A DNA stretch of 61,244 nucleotides, the filler included, from Dirinaria sp. TL-2023a (lineage: Eukaryota), in assembly GCA_051941275.1 (NCBI GenBank). It is 9 parts of 9 records of this genome, joined end to end, with 100 filler letters (N's around TTAATTAATTAA, not from the genome) between each part and the next. Parts side by side here need not be neighbours in the genome. Positions count along the whole stretch, not along the records: positions 20,472 to 27,190 come from JAVEBF010001429.1; positions 27,291 to 34,007 come from JAVEBF010001430.1; positions 34,108 to 40,823 come from JAVEBF010001431.1; 6 more parts are not named here. One strand, 5' to 3'. Position numbers and translations under genes: made by a program. Below, piece by piece: positions 22,714-35,404 of this stretch. Each line of letters begins with the position of its first letter. Position 1 is the first letter of the stretch. Below the pieces are notes generated by a model that worked only from the letters and a program-made list of their open reading frames with translations, was not told where the DNA came from and searched no databases.

Positions 22714-24304
22714 ATGTCCTTTCTTTCACACCTGAGTCTCATACCCTCATTTCCAGCTTACACAGGCCCATACAAAGTCGGCACACAGGATGTTGAGCTA
22801 CAAGTATCCGAGCTATCATCGCTAGCGCCAGCACCCGATCCTACCATCTCCACCATTAGCTTCCGCATCTTCTATCCTTGCTCCACGCCGGAAAAGACCT
22901 CTCGACATGTCCATTGGCTTCCTAGCCCTCAAACGCAGCATTTCCGTGCGTACGCAAGATTCCTAAATGCTAGTCCGAGGCTAGCTGTTTTTCTCTCGTG
23001 AGCATCTCGTTTAGAAGATGACAAAAATCGGACTAACAGGAGTCGACCTTAGCTATCTGCCGATATTCCGACCAATATTCTACACCACAATACCGGCCAT
23101 AGCAGACGCTAAACTAGCTAAACCTCCTGAATTCGTAGCAAAATGGCCGGTCATGGTATTCTCGCATGGGCTGGGTGGATCTCGAAACGCATACAGTCAC
23201 ATTACAGGGTCACTAGCAAGCCATGGCATGGTAGTGATCGCACCCGAGCACCGAGATGGTAGCTGTCCGATATCCTACATACATCCCGCCGATGGCTCTG
23301 CGCCAAAGATTATTCCTTACAAGTCATTCCCACATAGGCATTCGGATGGGGTCGACGAAGGCAGAGACGAACAGCTGAGGATACGGTTATGGGAATTAGG
23401 CTTGATCCATAATGCACTACTCAAGATAGACCAAGGGGAAAGCCTTACAAATACAATACCAGATCAGCCTCAAGCTTCGCTTTCAGGCTTCACTGACAGT
23501 CTCGATATCCATGACCCAGGTAAGATTGCTTGGTCCGGTCACTCTTTCGGCGCAGCATCGGTCATCCAATTCATCAAATCAATTTACTACACTGCTCCAC
23601 ATATACCTTCCGACCAGAAACGCCTTTACACGCCTTCTCCCACCTCCGCTCTAAAACACCAAATAACGTGCTCCACTCCGATCGTTCTACTGGATCTCTG
23701 GACCCAACCACTGCTCTCCCACGCTACCACCTGGCTTTCGCAACATTCACTTCCAGCCTACATCGACGAAAACGGCTCCGCCCCATTGGCTATACTCAGC
23801 GAAGCATTCTTCAAGTGGTCCAGCAATTTGCGGGAAACAAAAGCTGCCGTTTCGGCACCACCTAATTCCCCCAATGGCCTTCAGCCAAACATCTTTTACC
23901 CAGTCCATTCCGCGCATCTCTCACAATCTGATTTCGGCCCTTTGTTCCCGTGGTTGACGAAGAAGGTATTCAAGGCCGAGGATCCAGAGCGGACAATGAG
24001 GCTAAATGTTAGAGCGGTGCTGGAAAGTCTGAGGAGGAGTGGTGTGAAAGTTGCCGATACGAGTGATGTCGATATGGAGGTAGTAGCAGGGGAGTCTTCT
24101 CCTCCCGAGGCCATAGACGCAAAGCAAGCATTTCCGTTGGCCCAAGATCACCGCATTCTAGCCACGGACGGGAGGGTGAAAGGGTGGGTGGCCGTTCCCC
24201 TGAATGATGACAGGAGGTCTTCATATGCCAATGGGCAGACGATCAATCCAAAGAACCCGAGAGAGGCGATGATAGAGGGCGAGGTCATGAAGAGCGAGTT
24301 ATAA
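22714..24304 (+). CDS. PAF-acetylhydrolase isoform II family alpha/beta hydrolase (~511 aa)
   Basis: Exons 22714-22997 and 23053-24304. YTGPYKVG, RIFYP, FSHGLGGSRNAYS, EHRDGS, nucleophile GHSFG, LDLW and HLSQSDF motifs. Confidence 0.92.
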
Positions 24305-25122
24305 CCTTTTCGCAATGATAGATGATGACCTTTCGATTAGAGCGATATAGCGTATTCAATGCATAGCGTGATCATAAACAATTGAAATGCAAGTTTCTCA
24401 CCAGAAGGGCGCAGTAATGGCATGCTGCTTTTTCAGACGTCGAGCAAGCTTCGCCATGGCGCTTAGTGTAACTTCAAAGAAGTAAGATGACAAGCGAGAA
24501 TGGATCCTGTTCAGTAGCGAAAGACTAAGAAAGGCGATGTTTGTGTCCTTGGAACTGATTGAAAAAGTCCATGGCATGCACGTCAAAAAACTTAGATCCA
24601 CCCCATTGTTGCCTGCTCTGCGAGACCATCTTGAAGCTCCTGATGTCCCAAAAGTATCTTTCATCGCAAGTTAGATAATTTATTACTTGATACGCTCGTA
24701 CGATGCTTTTAGACCAATGCGTTCATTTGAATGAATGTGCTGAACCTTAGCGTGGCACAAACAGTCGATTGTCATGATAAAGCAGCATACCTGCTCTCGA
24801 TCCATCGCCATTGAGCTGCCTAGTATCTCTCTTGCTGGCATGCTCTATGCCGCTCACACTTCGCAACACGGCTGATCATTTTTGTTGGGGCCGGCGACTT
24901 TCCTCTTGTGCATTCAAAGTATCGGATCACGATTGAAAAATTACATGATGCGCATATAAGTCTGCAATTATCACAGGCATCCAGAAACTTGCGCCTGCTC
25001 AAGCTAGGCCGTTGATAGTGCGCATACTCGCGGCCATTGGGGACAAATGATCCAGCAAGCAAGGGGTGGGTGGAGTGATCTGACATGATGCACAAAGAAT
25101 GTACTTTGCCCAAAGCCTTTCT

Positions 25123-26141
25123 TCATCCGTGACGATTGTCTTCTAGCTGATGCCGCTCTGTATCCGGCAGCTCTGTGGGTTCTCGTTGTGCGGGTAATTC
25201 TGACGAGTGATATCCGACGACTTGATACTCGTTTGTTGATTCTTGCGGTAGTTGTGTTGTTGTATAGCCAAATCCTTCCTCAGCACCAGTTGTTCTAGTA
25301 GATTCACTGACTTTGTCTCGAGACTTTTTATGCCGAAGGTAGATGAAATAGACCAATACAACAAAGGCAGCAGTCCCGAGAGGGACTCCCGCACCAGCGC
25401 TCACCTTCACATTAACATTGTTCTTATTCGCTGATTTTGCGTGGCTAGGCACAACAGCGGCGGGTGTTGTATGGGCTATCCACGCAGAGGTCGTGGTATG
25501 TTGAGTTGACGTATCTAAAGCAGCCGTCATAATAGATGATGTAACAGGCCTTGCAATGCTTTTAGCAGCATGTGAGGCTGCAGCCGTCATGGAAGGTGAT
25601 GTGATAGACTCTGTCATACTTTGTGTAGCATGTGAGGTTGTACCTTGGCCTGATGGATAATGGAAATTTGGTGCTATTCCAAGACTTGTCTTTATGCTTC
25701 CTTCACCCAGTTGAATTAAATTGGTGGTATCCGAGCAGCACGTGGGGTCTATCGCATAAGGATTGCAGCACCAGCTACCATCTTCGCAGTCAGTCAATTT
25801 ACAACCGTCTGCTATACCCTCTGTTACTCAGTCAGCTAGCATTCGGATAAATTTCAAGTACTGTCATTACCTTTGATACAAAATTGAGGACACGAAGTCG
25901 AATTCCAAGTGATATTGGTGCACGAACCACGTGCATAGGCCATACCAGAAGTAATTTGGAGTTGACATATTCCATTGGATAAGCAAGTCCAGGCTGGAGC
26001 GCAGCATGGACTCACATCTGCATTGCTATCGCACGCGGCATCATCAGAGATATTTCTGTTGGGGTAATAGCAAAGGGCAGTGGTGAGCGGTAGAAGAGAC
26101 AGAAGTGCACTAAAAGCAGCCATACACAAGCGGCGCTTCAT
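25123..26141 (-). CDS. Type I membrane protein with Cys-rich ectodomain and S/T stalk (~319 aa)
   Basis: Exons 26141-25871 and 25811-25123. Signal peptide, CYYPN...C...CC...CLSNGIC...RGSCT...CPQFC...C...WCC, a T/S-rich stalk, TM GAGVPLGTAAFVVLVYFIYL, and a tail with ELP repeats. Confidence 0.85.
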
Positions 26142-26708
26142 ACTGGATGAAAGAGTACAAGTCGAGTATCAAGAGGCTATCAAGGAGACGATGTGCGAGC
26201 ATCAGCTCCAGGACTCGGCACTTGCGTAAGAACATGTGGGCAAGATATCGCAACTTGAGCAAGGGTGCTCTCATGAGAAACGTATTCAGTACCGAGATCA
26301 CAACGCCTCTCACCGCCTTCTCTATCCTTGCATCGGAGATTGCAGGGCCCATGGCGTGTACAAATTTCGATTTGCTGACCTGTTGTACCCATCAGGCGTA
26401 AGTGCCAGACTCGGTTGCGGATGCCGTACAGCGGCATGAATGACACGTCTCTCAAAGGCTGGTAGTGGTAGCCTAAAAGCAGTTCTAGATTCGTCATGAT
26501 ACATCATGAGATGGACTCAATCAATATAAGTAAGCGCTCGAAATTGAACTGACGTTTGACCGACAATCAGCAACTGCTATGGATTTCTCCATGGTACAGT
26601 CTTGCGAATGGGCAAGCCCCATCGGGTTAGAGCCGGACATATGCCATAACCCCGGCCTCACCTGGTGTTCGTCACCATGTAGATGGCAATCCACTTTGTT
26701 CATACAAT

Positions 26709-27170
26709 TGTCAGGTCGACGATGAGGATCATCTGTACGTAATGTCGACTACGAATCTATTGCAATGTCAATAAAATCAAGTATTTTTCTGTTGACGATA
26801 AGACTATAACGAGTAACGTGTCTCTCGATTCGATTTGAACAGAAAATATTGAAATCGAATCGCGATTCGAATTTCGTCGATTTAGATCTCTGTCAGATCT
26901 TGAACTCAATTCGCGGTTCGATCTAAGTCGATTTCTCGTCAAACACTCGATCTAAATCTTTATAAAAACTAATAATTATTTTTCTCAAATTTTATAATCA
27001 TAAATACATGCTGATACTTAAACGATTCATTGAGAAAATATCATAGAAAGCAGCAATAAAAGACAACAATAAAAAATATCGATAATAATATCAAAACTCG
27101 ATTGAATTACAAACGCATTGAATATGATCTCAAAATTGTTATTTATTTTAACATCGATACAAATATTATA
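26709..27170. mobile_element. AT-rich hypermutated repeat remnant, possible solo LTR
   Basis: Abrupt AT-rich, TCGA-rich, CC/GG-poor tract. It begins tgtcagg, contains tataaaa and ends ttata, and is followed by another tgtcaag at the contig break. Confidence 0.55.
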
Positions 27171-27190
27171 AATTGTCAAGGGCTGGGCTG

Positions 27191-27290
27191 NNNNNNNNNN
27201 NNNNNNNNNNNNNNNNNNNNNNNNNNNNNNNNNNTTAATTAATTAANNNNNNNNNNNNNNNNNNNNNNNNNNNNNNNNNNNNNNNNNNNN
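27191..27290. other. Artificial contig linker
   Basis: N44-TTAATTAATTAA-N44. Confidence 0.99.
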
Positions 27291-27687
27291 ATGGGAAAGA
27301 ATAAGTGGGGAATGGCGAATGTGGTTGCGAAAAGTGAAGGTGGTGTGGGCGGCAGTGTGTGGGGACCCTTTGAAAAAGTAAAGAAAGCTAATCGATCAGG
27401 ACATTTATCATGGTAGTTAGATGAAGAAAATTTGGAAAGAGTAGTCTGTACTTGATCAGAAGCAAATGTATGTATGTATGTACTGCTCTCGTCTATGTGA
27501 TCTGAGGAGTACGTAGTCAGTCTGAATTACTCCTGATGCAAATTGCAATTTGTGGTTATCTCTTTCGAATCTTCCCTCGCCTTTTCTATATTTATTCGCC
27601 TGGCTTCGTCTTGCCTTCAATGGTACCGATGGTAATGTATCCGTTACTTGCTCTAAACTGAGCTTAAGCAACTTCTCTCTCGTCGTA

Positions 27688-29139
27688 CTAATACTCGTCC
27701 TCTTCTTCGTAGTCCTCTTCGTCGTAGTCGTCTTCATCATCGTAGTATTCTTCACCTTCTTCATCCTCTTCGTCCCCTTCGTCTTCCTCGTCCATCTCAT
27801 CATCACCCTCATCATCCTCATCCGGCTCCATGAGAGCCAGTGGGTCCTCCGCAGCTTCTTCAAGCTCCCTACACATTCCTGTCAGCACAGCTTTAAAGAA
27901 ACCGAGCATTTCTCATCAAGAGACACTCTACGTACTCGTACATCTGCTCGACCGTCTTCTTCTGGCGCTTGCTTGGTCCCGGTCTGCTTCCCTCTGTCGA
28001 GTCCGCGATGGACTCTGATCCTGCCCTCTTGCGACGAAAGGGTTGGCGGGGGGGCGGCGCTCCTTGCCATTGCTGGCGCTGCGATGCGAAGGCGCGGCTC
28101 GTCTCATCGAGGCGGGCTTTCCACTCGTCGTAGTTGACAGGCTGGAGCTTCAGGGACTGTGGATCCTTCGGAGCTTTAGGTGTGGACGCAGCGAAGAGAG
28201 AGCTTAGGTGGAGAGCAACCGGGTCGGCAGTGGGCGGGGATGGGGTCCGCGCAGGAGCAAAGGGTGATCGAGTCGGTGCGGGAGCGAAGGGAGAAGGCGT
28301 CGGTCTGGAAGCGAAGGGAGAAGGCTTCGGTCTAGAAGCGAAGGGAGAGAGCCACGGTCCAGGAGCGAAGGGGGACGGCTTCGGTGCAAAAGCGTTGGGG
28401 GATGGCCTCGGCGCGGCAGCGAAACCAGGAAGGGCGTGCTCAACGGTAGGCGCTTGTGTAGCCGGCTCAGAGGATTCGAGCAAGTCCTCTGGAGTCAAAA
28501 TGGTCATGTTCAGAGGGCCGGCTCGAAGTACCGCCCTCGTCTCTTCCCACGGCACACCAAACAAACCGCTATTCAGGCGCACGGCAAAAACGGGAGCGTT
28601 GTTCAGTCCCCTGCCCGATAGTTGGTGGTTCAAATCCTCGAGCGCGTTGCCAGTGTAGCGGAGCATTGGGGCCTTTTCTGAACGCCCCCTGCCCCAGGAT
28701 TCGGAGACGATTAAAGTTGCGATGTGCCAATGGTCGCCCTCTTTGATCTTCCTAGGGTCTGACTCATGGCTCACCGTAGTGAGCTTAGCATCACCAAGCA
28801 ATGTCTGTTGCCAGTTGCGCAGCGTCTCCTGATCGACTTCCCGGGGATTGCACCAATCGTGGTATTCCACGTAAGCACTTGGGAACTATGCGTGTGGATC
28901 AGAAGGCTTTCATTCTAGATCAGGTTTGGAAATTGCAATAGAATAAACCACGTACTCGGCGTTTAAACTCTTCTGCAACCCCCTTGCCCCATGCTCCGCG
29001 AGCGTTGCTAGAATCTACACAGTGGTTTAGAACGCGATCCAGCATATGCTTGTAAGAGAGGGTCAGTACGTATCAGGACGCTACCAGATGGAGCGTCGAA
29101 GATGTTGCCTTGAGCTTCAGTGATGATGGCAGGACCCAT
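27688..29139 (-). CDS. Poa1/TARG1-type macrodomain protein with long C-terminal extension (~419 aa)
   Basis: Exons 29139-29070, 29014-28956, 28885-27936, 27868-27688. GNIFDAP, LIHSSNARGAWGKGVA, FPSAY and RLNSGLFGVPWEET motifs, then PSPFA repeats, RRKR/PSKRQKK and a D/E tail. Confidence 0.85.
28255..28405 (-). repeat. Coding minisatellite, mostly 27-nt units encoding xSPFAxxP
   Basis: PSPNAFAP-KPSPFAPGP-WLSPFASRP-KPSPFASRP-TPSPFAPAP-TRSPFAPAR. Confidence 0.85.
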
Positions 29140-29809
29140 GTTGAACCTTGCGGCGGGTATAGCGAAGATGGGTAGGCTGATTCGAGATGTATAGCTGAAG
29201 AGATAGTGGTAGAATAGATAGACGCTGTACTGATAGTGCTGGTGTTACTATGCAAGTGACGTCTTGAGGAGCTGGGAAAGAAGTCGAGGTATGGAGCAGA
29301 AATGGGGTCAAAGAGATGCAAGACTTCAGGTGATCTTGAAAGGAAGTTCCTTAAATTCAGACGCGCTTGCTCATTCCTGTGGGAACTCTATGTGGCTAGA
29401 GCGCTGACCCACAACAGTGTCACGGACCTAGACCGACAAGACCAGGAGAGGTGCCGCGAAGTGGAGCCCTCAGGAAATGCCGAGCATCTAGCCTGAGCAG
29501 TGCACTTAGAGACCTTCATAGCAAGTCTGCCTTGGACTAAGTCTTCCTATCCACATGCAAGCTCCAGAACATGATGGTTAGAGATCGGACCATCAGGATT
29601 TTGTAGCTTCAACCCAATCTTCTAACACCTTAAGCCTGTTATATAGCATGACTATGATGAGCCATCTCTTGTGGATCTACATATCATCGATCCTTCTGTG
29701 GACGATATTGTATCATTTTAAGAAAAATGCCTTTCTTGGAGTCACGGAGAGGTAAATAGTATTATAAGTGAAATACAGTGTACGTAAAGGTAGCCATACA
29801 AGCTACGGC

Positions 29810-30520
29810 GCATGAAAAAGTACAAATACCAAGATGATATGATGTTTTGTTCACATGATAGCTCAGCTGGAAGTGTCAATCTGCTCTTCACTTGTGTTCA
29901 CACAGAAGAACACATTAGTGCACTCTCTTTCAAAATTTTTGAAAACTGCACTGGGGCTTTTGGAAAGATTTCAAGCACTGATGCAGAAGTTCCATCCTGT
30001 TAAGCAAGTTTGCCCATGCAAAAATGGTTTCGGGAGGTTCCTGCCCCTAAGAGTTTGGAAAGGATCCGATCCTCTACATTCATGCTGCTAACAGTATCAG
30101 CAAGTCTTTCCTGCAAATGTTTGATGTGGGATAGGATTGGAATTACTGATCTATCTATCATGGTGTGGATAGATGGGCTAACAGATGTTGCAGCAATATA
30201 ATGTAGGCGGATGTCAGGGGATGACAAATCCTTTTTTGTCATCCCTTCAGAAGATGATATCTTCAGCATTGGCAATTTTGTTGCTGTCAGCTGGCCTTTA
30301 CCATTAATTTATTCCCATATTCCTAGTGAATTTGGGAGCTTGGAACCATCTTTCTATTCATATGAGCTTTATGCAGTCAGTGGACAGAGCTCTCCTAGCA
30401 CCTTGATATAAGCTGCCGTTGGAGACTTTTTGGTTTGAAGATATTTATATCTTCAATAGAAATTTGAGGATACAGAGAGAGTGGGTGGGAACTGAGGTCG
30501 TTAGAACGACTGGCCATTTC
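29810..30520 (-). pseudogene. CpG-depleted degenerate coding remnant, family unknown
   Basis: A protein-like frame (ORF 30275-30000) continues through isolated stops on both sides. The region is visibly poor in CG dinucleotides. Confidence 0.35.
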
Positions 30521-31193
30521 TGGTACGAATCAGACTTAAACTCAATGAAAAATTGGACAAATGGTTTGTATTTTATCCAGGAGGCATGAGAAGAGATGGT
30601 ATACGTACAAGAAAGCTAACTTAGTAGACATCTAGGATCAATGTTGTTGCAATTTGAGGCATCTCGATATACGCGCCGTAAAGCGGCTCTGATCCTGTAA
30701 CCTACGACTATCTAGTATGCAGAGGTCGGTGGCAGCTTAGCTTGGAGCCGCTGCTGATTACTTTGCGTGGGGCCGAACATGGCAGTCTTTGTCTTTATTA
30801 TCATTACGGATGTTCTTAATCGAGTAAAATTATTACGAAACCCTCTCCTGCGAGTAATGCAGGTCAATAGGTTCCTGGACGCGTGGTTTCTGGTAGGCTA
30901 ATGTTCTCGGTTAGAACTCACCATCATGCTAATAGTGATTGCAATGACAAGCTGCCTATGATCCATTAGATGCATCGAAAGCAGTCCTTTCGATGTACGA
31001 AGATTGGTATTGATATACACTGACCGGGACCTCTTCAGCGCCTGGTTCCATAGATTTATACCATGGAAGATACGATCAATTACCGCAAAATCGCTCATCG
31101 GCGACTATAACTTTGCAAGCATCTGGGAGGGCTAAACTATGGTTCATCAAACAGTAAGTAGTCCATAGCCACTTTATGCGCAACAGAACTATT

Positions 31194-31502
31194 CTAATGC
31201 ATATCGTGAGCACGGCATGGAGGTATACTTAGTCGTTTCCCCGTATCATCGAGCCGAGCCTTTTGATGGCTCTTGAGAGCATCTTGAATTGCACGAGACA
31301 AGTGTGGGCCAGGCACGGCTGTTTGCGCTGCTTGACAAGCAGGTAATCTGATGATGTCTTGCAGATTCCTCCTATACGCACAGTTACAGAGAGACGTTAC
31401 TAAGAAGAAAGTGGCATCTGGACAGCAATTGGGGGGAAGGTGCCGATAGCCACACGTGAACCTAAGCAATAAGCTCAGGAGAAGCGCTATGAGGTACTTC
31501 AT
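31194..31502 (-). CDS. Putative small secreted protein (102 aa)
   Basis: Signal-peptide-like MKYLIALLLSLLLRFTCG; Cys in NCC, CNC, PAC and PPC. No recognised family. Confidence 0.45.
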   Translation of the reverse strand: MKYLIALLLSLLLRFTCGYRHLPPNCCPDATFFLVTSLCNCAYRRNLQDIIRLPACQAAQTAVPGPHLSRAIQDALKSHQKARLDDTGKRLSIPPCRAHDMH

Positions 31503-32267
31503 AAAGTGTACACTTCATTTTCGAAGAAATAAAGACAATCAGTAGGAAGCATTTCCAAGTGACACTAATTTGAATCGAATCACAGTGTGCTTGCATGCCA
31601 GGTAATGGACTGTTGAGAAGATTGGTACGGGCGATTTACATAATTGTCGCGCGGGATACTCTAGGTGTGGTGCTGGGGTCGAAGTCTCGAAAGGAGGAAT
31701 CTTTCCTCTTTTCCAGCTTGAGACACCGGATCTATTGCGCTCGCAAATATCCGTATGATTTCGATGATATCTGAACTGGAGTAGAAGATGAAGTGACCAA
31801 GTCTGTTGGGTTTTAACTCACAGATGAGCTTTAGGGAGGCTGGGCAATCTTACCTTAATGTACCTTGGTGGAGCTTATTTTACTTTACCTTAACTTGCCT
31901 TAGGTAGCAGAGCCTGAGAGGGGATCGTCTGGGTGATCATCCTTGGGTGAACGGGGCGGCTCTTTCCATTGGGCTCCAATTAGTCATCCACTCCTAGAGC
32001 ATTAATTATTGGGCCTTTCCCCGCATTCTTTGGTAGTCTCGCGTGGAATTGCTTTTCCTCGTTTTCTCGCCAAAATCGCATTATTTTGGCCAATCACCAT
32101 TCAATTCTTATCCATCCAAATCTTCATGCAAAACGCCGGCATCAGAGGCCAAGAGATGTAGAGTGGCGTCATCACCTACTGTAGCTGCGCGGCCTTGTGA
32201 GACCTTGTTATCGACAAATAGCGTTGACCGGTGCGTTCATTTCCATTGGGCCCGTGGCGGATCAGCC

Positions 32268-33799
32268 ATGGAAGCTTTAAAGATCTTCAATCTTCCCATT
32301 CCTCGTTTTCGTCTTTCGCCTTCTCGTCATAAGTATACAAGCCTACCATCCTCCCCAGCCATGCCCACTGTCCCAGCATACACGGAAGAGCCCGATCCTG
32401 AGCTCAATGAGAATGGCGAGGACGCCAAATATAAAGCCAGCCATGCTGAGACCGCATCCCTTGAAGCCTCTGCGACCGCTCGACAACGAAGAGAAGCTCC
32501 GCCACTGATTAAAGATTTGACTGCTGGAGATCGAGAACCACTGGAGCGCGCTTTGAGACGCAAGATTGATATACGACTGCTACCCATGATTGTTTTGATG
32601 TATATCATGAATTATCTGGACAGGAATAATATCGCTGCAGCCCGGCTGGCTGGCCTCGAAGATGAATTGAATCTCTCAAGCACGCAATACCTCACCTGCT
32701 TATCCATCTTGTTTGTCGGGTATCTGCTGATGCAGATACCCTCGAACCTCTTTCTGAATAAAGTGGGAAAACCGGCCCTTTATCTTCCAACAGTCATGAT
32801 CGTTTGGGGCGTTATATCTGCCGCAACGGCGGGCGCACAATCGTATAGAGGTTTGATAGCCATCCGATTCTTCCTCGGTTTCGTCGAAGCGGCCTACTTT
32901 CCTGGCTGCCTCTACTTTTTGTCATCATGGTATACCCGAAAGGAGCTGGGCTTCAGATGCGCAATTCTATACTCCGGTGCCCTTATCTCGGGCGCCTTCT
33001 CCGGCTTGATATCCGCAGGCATTACCAATGGCATGGATGGTTTGGACGGGTTGCGAGCATGGCGGTGGCTGTTCATCATTGAGGGCGTGATCACAATTGG
33101 CATAGCCTTTCTGGCATATTTCATCCTACCAAATTTCCCACGGACGACTACGTGGCTCACCGAGGAGGAGAGGCAATTGGCTACTTGGAGGCTAGAGGAA
33201 GACATCGGAGAGGATGACTGGACGGGAACTGAGCAGCAGACGTTCTTCCATGGGATGATACTCGCCTTTCAGGATGTGAAGATGTGGATCTTGATGCTCC
33301 TTCTATTCTGCTTTGTCGCTTCCGGCACCGTCACAAATCTATTCCCTACTGTCGTCGCTACACTGGGCTACTCGGACGTCATTTCTCTCCTTTTGACTGT
33401 CCCACCATACGTTCTGGGTGTGATCACGACTTTCCTGAATTCCTGGCATGCAGACCGGACAGGCGAGCGATACTTCCACATCACGCTGCCCTTATATATT
33501 GCCGTCGCCGCCTTTATCATTGCTGCGGCAACCACCGCGACCGGCCCAAGATACCTGGCAATGATGCTGATGGTGCCCGGGGTGTATACGGGGTATGTGG
33601 TTGCACTGGCTTGGATATCGAATACTCTGCCAAGACCGCCTGCCAAGGTAAGCTTGCAAACTAAAGTACCTTAGCTGGGATGGCTCGATCTGATATGGTA
33701 CGCAGCGCGCGGCAGCTCTGGCAGCCATCAATGCAGTCTCAAATACCTCGAGCATATATAGCTCGTACATGTATAAAGAGAGTTGGGGTCCAAGATACG
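32268..33799 (+). CDS. MFS transporter, anion:cation symporter (Dal5/Tna1-like), 3'-partial
   Basis: Exons 32268 (or 32361)-33647 and 33706-33799, then an intron running to the contig end. RKIDIRLLP, YLDRNNI, RFFLGFVEA, WYTRKEL and WRWLFIIEG motifs. Confidence 0.92.
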
Positions 33800-34007
33800 G
33801 TAAGAAAATCTTCTCATTATCTAGGACCCTCGAAGCCAGAAGAGCTCTAGAGCCTAGCCCCTGCAGAATAGTAAAGCGCAGAACAGCAAAGCACAGAACG
33901 GCGCAGGCCAAAACCCGGTGCTCTACAAGCCCTAAAACCCCCCCTTCTCCCCTCCCAAAAAAAATTTCCACGCAAAACCTAACTCCTCCTCCTCTCCTCT
34001 CCTCTCC

Positions 34008-34107
34008 NNNNNNNNNNNNNNNNNNNNNNNNNNNNNNNNNNNNNNNNNNNNTTAATTAATTAANNNNNNNNNNNNNNNNNNNNNNNNNNNNNNNNNNNNN
34101 NNNNNNN
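34008..34107. other. Artificial contig linker
   Basis: N44-TTAATTAATTAA-N44. Confidence 0.99.
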
Positions 34108-35404
34108 TGCACCTCCTTGTCGCTCTATGAGATATGCACTTCTCCAGGTTTCTGGCTGCCCGGGCTGCCATGGCTGCTACTTCACCGCTTCGGACGGCTG
34201 GATACCCAAAGCTGGTAAGCACAGCGTCGTTCACTGGCCGCTTATCACCCGGCGGCGTCTGCTGTTGCTTCGACCGAGGTGACTTCACGATCTCGAAGAG
34301 GTTGTCAGCAGACCTTCATGGATGATCCCTTGACCCACTTGGGCCATGTGTCCTTCAGTGCTCGATCAATGAAACCATCTTCCTTCATTGATGATAGGCA
34401 GACCTCAGCCCAGCCCGCAGCGTCAAGAAGCTTTTTCAGTGTGGCTGGAGCCTGCGACGCGACAGTCCTGCAGTGATTTCTTTTCTCTATCCAACGTTTG
34501 CGACACACAGTCTCTGTCCACCTGTTCAGGTCTTCTTCCTCCAATAGAAGCTGTGTCTTGGGATGAGTAGTGAAGGAGGTACTACTGGAGATTGAATCGG
34601 TGATATGAGAGTAGGTATCTTAGTGTAGTGACAGTAGTGGTGCTCCCTTCCCTACCTCACCTTGGTGGAAATTACATTCCTCGTGTCATGAATCCAACCG
34701 CAAACGCTCGACCCCAAGATTACCTGATTATCACACTGGTGACACCCCCTTGTTGGCGCTAAGGCAGTCGTCATTCGGCTTAGCTCCCTCCGCCCACAGC
34801 TGCACCCCTCTCAGTACCATTATTACACCATACCAATGCGGGACAAGGGTAGAACTTAAGTAAACATCCTCCATCCCAACTACAGTAAGGGTTACCTGGG
34901 GGTAGCCTGGCGAGTAGTAGTCACTTGACGGCTTCCACCATTTTACCCATTGTTACCTATTATCACCTTTTTCTTTCCATCATTATTATTAATTGTTATT
35001 TGGACCTCCCTCTTGCTCTCCTTCCTACCTTCTTGAAGCTCTCTCTTCCTTCCTGCCGCCGTGTGCCAGCAACCGGCGGCTACTCGCGCGGTGCTGACAG
35101 CTGATGACATGCTTTCAAGCGCTCCCTGACTGTCGCAGCTTTTCAAACAGTTTCTACCTCGAAATCTGCTACTCTCCGCAAAGTACCGCCGCACCGGCGT
35201 TTAGAGTCCCGTACCCTCCGCGGCCCCTCAGGTTCCCGTAACGCCCTAATTGAAAGGCGTCTCTTGTCGTTGCAGCATTCGTGACGCTCTGCCTGCATCT
35301 ACCGTAGGGTCCTGGGACAGATGACTCAACCAAGATAGCAGCTCCACCCACTGCGCTCATTGGGCTGTGCCTGATCGGCGCACGGTGAAGCACGGCGTCT
35401 GGCC

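Noticed and set aside
34108..34570. Short ORFs at the contig start, upstream of the RhoGAP
   Set aside because: No consistent frame, splice model or recognisable motif.
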